This document shows, in pieces, positions 63,091 to 64,000 of a DNA stretch of 64,000 bases (the first letter of the stretch is position 1; each line of letters opens with the position of its first letter). This DNA comes from an uncultured Spirochaetota bacterium (GTDB taxonomy: Bacteria; Spirochaetota; Brevinematia; Brevinematales; JAOACQ01). The stretch spans positions 96,001 to 160,000 of the forward strand of contig CAWAOD010000005.1 in the NCBI GenBank assembly GCA_963783575.1, in the 5' to 3' direction. The position numbers were made by a program, and so were the translations under genes. The notes below the pieces were generated by a model. The model was given only the letters and a program-made list of their open reading frames with translations, was not told the origin of the DNA and did no database searches.

Positions 63091-63096
63091 TTGCGG

Positions 63097-63492
63097 CTAC
63101 CCGCGGGCTGAAGACTTGTTCAGGGCCACGGCGGCCAGAATAAGGGACTTCAAAGCTTCCCAGTTCAGCTTGTCCCCCTCGTGAAAGTCGATGGCGCGCC
63201 TTACAGTTCCATCCTGGTTGAACAGGCCGTTAGGATCCTTTAAAGAAGCTCCCTTGGCAAAGGTCATCTTCACATGATCCTTGTACGTCTCGCCTGTGCA
63301 GATCATTCCGTTGTCATACCAGACCGGAGTCCCTCTCCACTTCCACTCCTCCATTACTTCGGGGTCTGCCTCCTTAATCAGTGCGCGGAGCCGGGAGAGC
63401 ATCTCGCCCCTCCAGCCGCCCAGTTCAGCAATTCTCTCGTCTATAAGTTGGGATGGCTGTTTTATGCCTTTCGTAGCCTGTTCCTTTTCCAT
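63097..63492 (-). CDS. DUF1801 (YdhG-like) domain protein
   Basis: WRGEMLSRLRALIKEADPEVMEEWKW, FAKGASLKDP. Confidence 0.88.
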   Translation of the reverse strand: MEKEQATKGIKQPSQLIDERIAELGGWRGEMLSRLRALIKEADPEVMEEWKWRGTPVWYDNGMICTGETYKDHVKMTFAKGASLKDPNGLFNQDGTVRRAIDFHEGDKLNWEALKSLILAAVALNKSSARG

Positions 63493-63559
63493 AGAAAAAC
63501 CTCCTTCAAAAGAAGAAAATCTTAAAGCCTGGCTTCAGGGTAATCGGGATTCTCCGGGG

Positions 63560-63931
63560 TTAACGAATTCCTGCGATGAAGAAAGCACAGACATCTGATA
63601 GAAACATCAGGATTGCCGAAGATAGGTGGATATTCGGAAAAGCCTTTCCTGTTTTCCCGGATGCCAGCATCAATATTCCTGTAACCAGTTGGGTCAGAAT
63701 CGCCAAACCCATTATAGCAACCGGAATCCAAATTCCCTCCGTTGCTTTCATCGTGAAAAGCCCATACACTATAAAGCCAAAACCCACTGTGAACCATACA
63801 AAGAAAAAAAGGTGAATGACCAGTTTCACTTTACCGTAAGGTTTTCCTGCCCTGTGAAGAAGAAGTCCGAAGATCATAGCCGTTATCATCAGAATTCCTT
63901 CAGCCAGGAAGGGTAACTGCGTATTATTCAT
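63560..63931 (-). CDS. Hypothetical four-TM membrane protein
   Basis: AGGAGG RBS; four hydrophobic helices with His residues. Confidence 0.7.
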   Translation of the reverse strand: MNNTQLPFLAEGILMITAMIFGLLLHRAGKPYGKVKLVIHLFFFVWFTVGFGFIVYGLFTMKATEGIWIPVAIMGLAILTQLVTGILMLASGKTGKAFPNIHLSSAILMFLSDVCAFFIAGIR

Positions 63932-64000
63932 AATAAAATTTCCTCCTAACTCAGGTGTTGCTAATTCATTAATTAATATTAATAATCCCGTTTTAAGATG

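Overview
AT-rich bacterial chromosomal window, probably from a spirochete (inferred from gene content and repeat style, not proven). It alternates between housekeeping blocks (glgC; aroQ-pepP-efp-accB-like-accC-Asp23/AmaP-rlmI; gmhA and an hddC-gmhB fusion; a MAF/TPR operon; tRNA-Arg, -Lys and -Asn) and two accessory regions. (1) 13.8-19.4 kb holds an IS21-family element abutting an integron-like cassette array on the minus strand with no integrase in the window. The array consists of a consensus promoter (Pc-like), an attI-like site, a first cassette with no ORF that folds into a ~410-nt imperfect rod-like hairpin, a 153-bp attC-like site, a second two-gene extremely AT-rich cassette, and a second attC cut by the IS21. 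(2) 46.3-64 kb is a decaying island around and downstream of tRNA-Lys/tRNA-Asn. It contains toxin-antitoxin modules and remnants, repeated att-like scars ending in the tRNA-Asn 3' end, an IS4 element with an 11-bp TSD, a 147-bp MITE-like insertion and a MerR/AKR/SDR cluster with several pseudogenes. Other oddities are a BCCP homologue lacking the biotinylated lysine, a tandem-ComFB protein and two adjacent secreted proteins sharing a DAITSAS flavinylation-like motif. Several single-base frameshifts may be sequencing errors. All product calls come from motif recognition by eye, with no database search.
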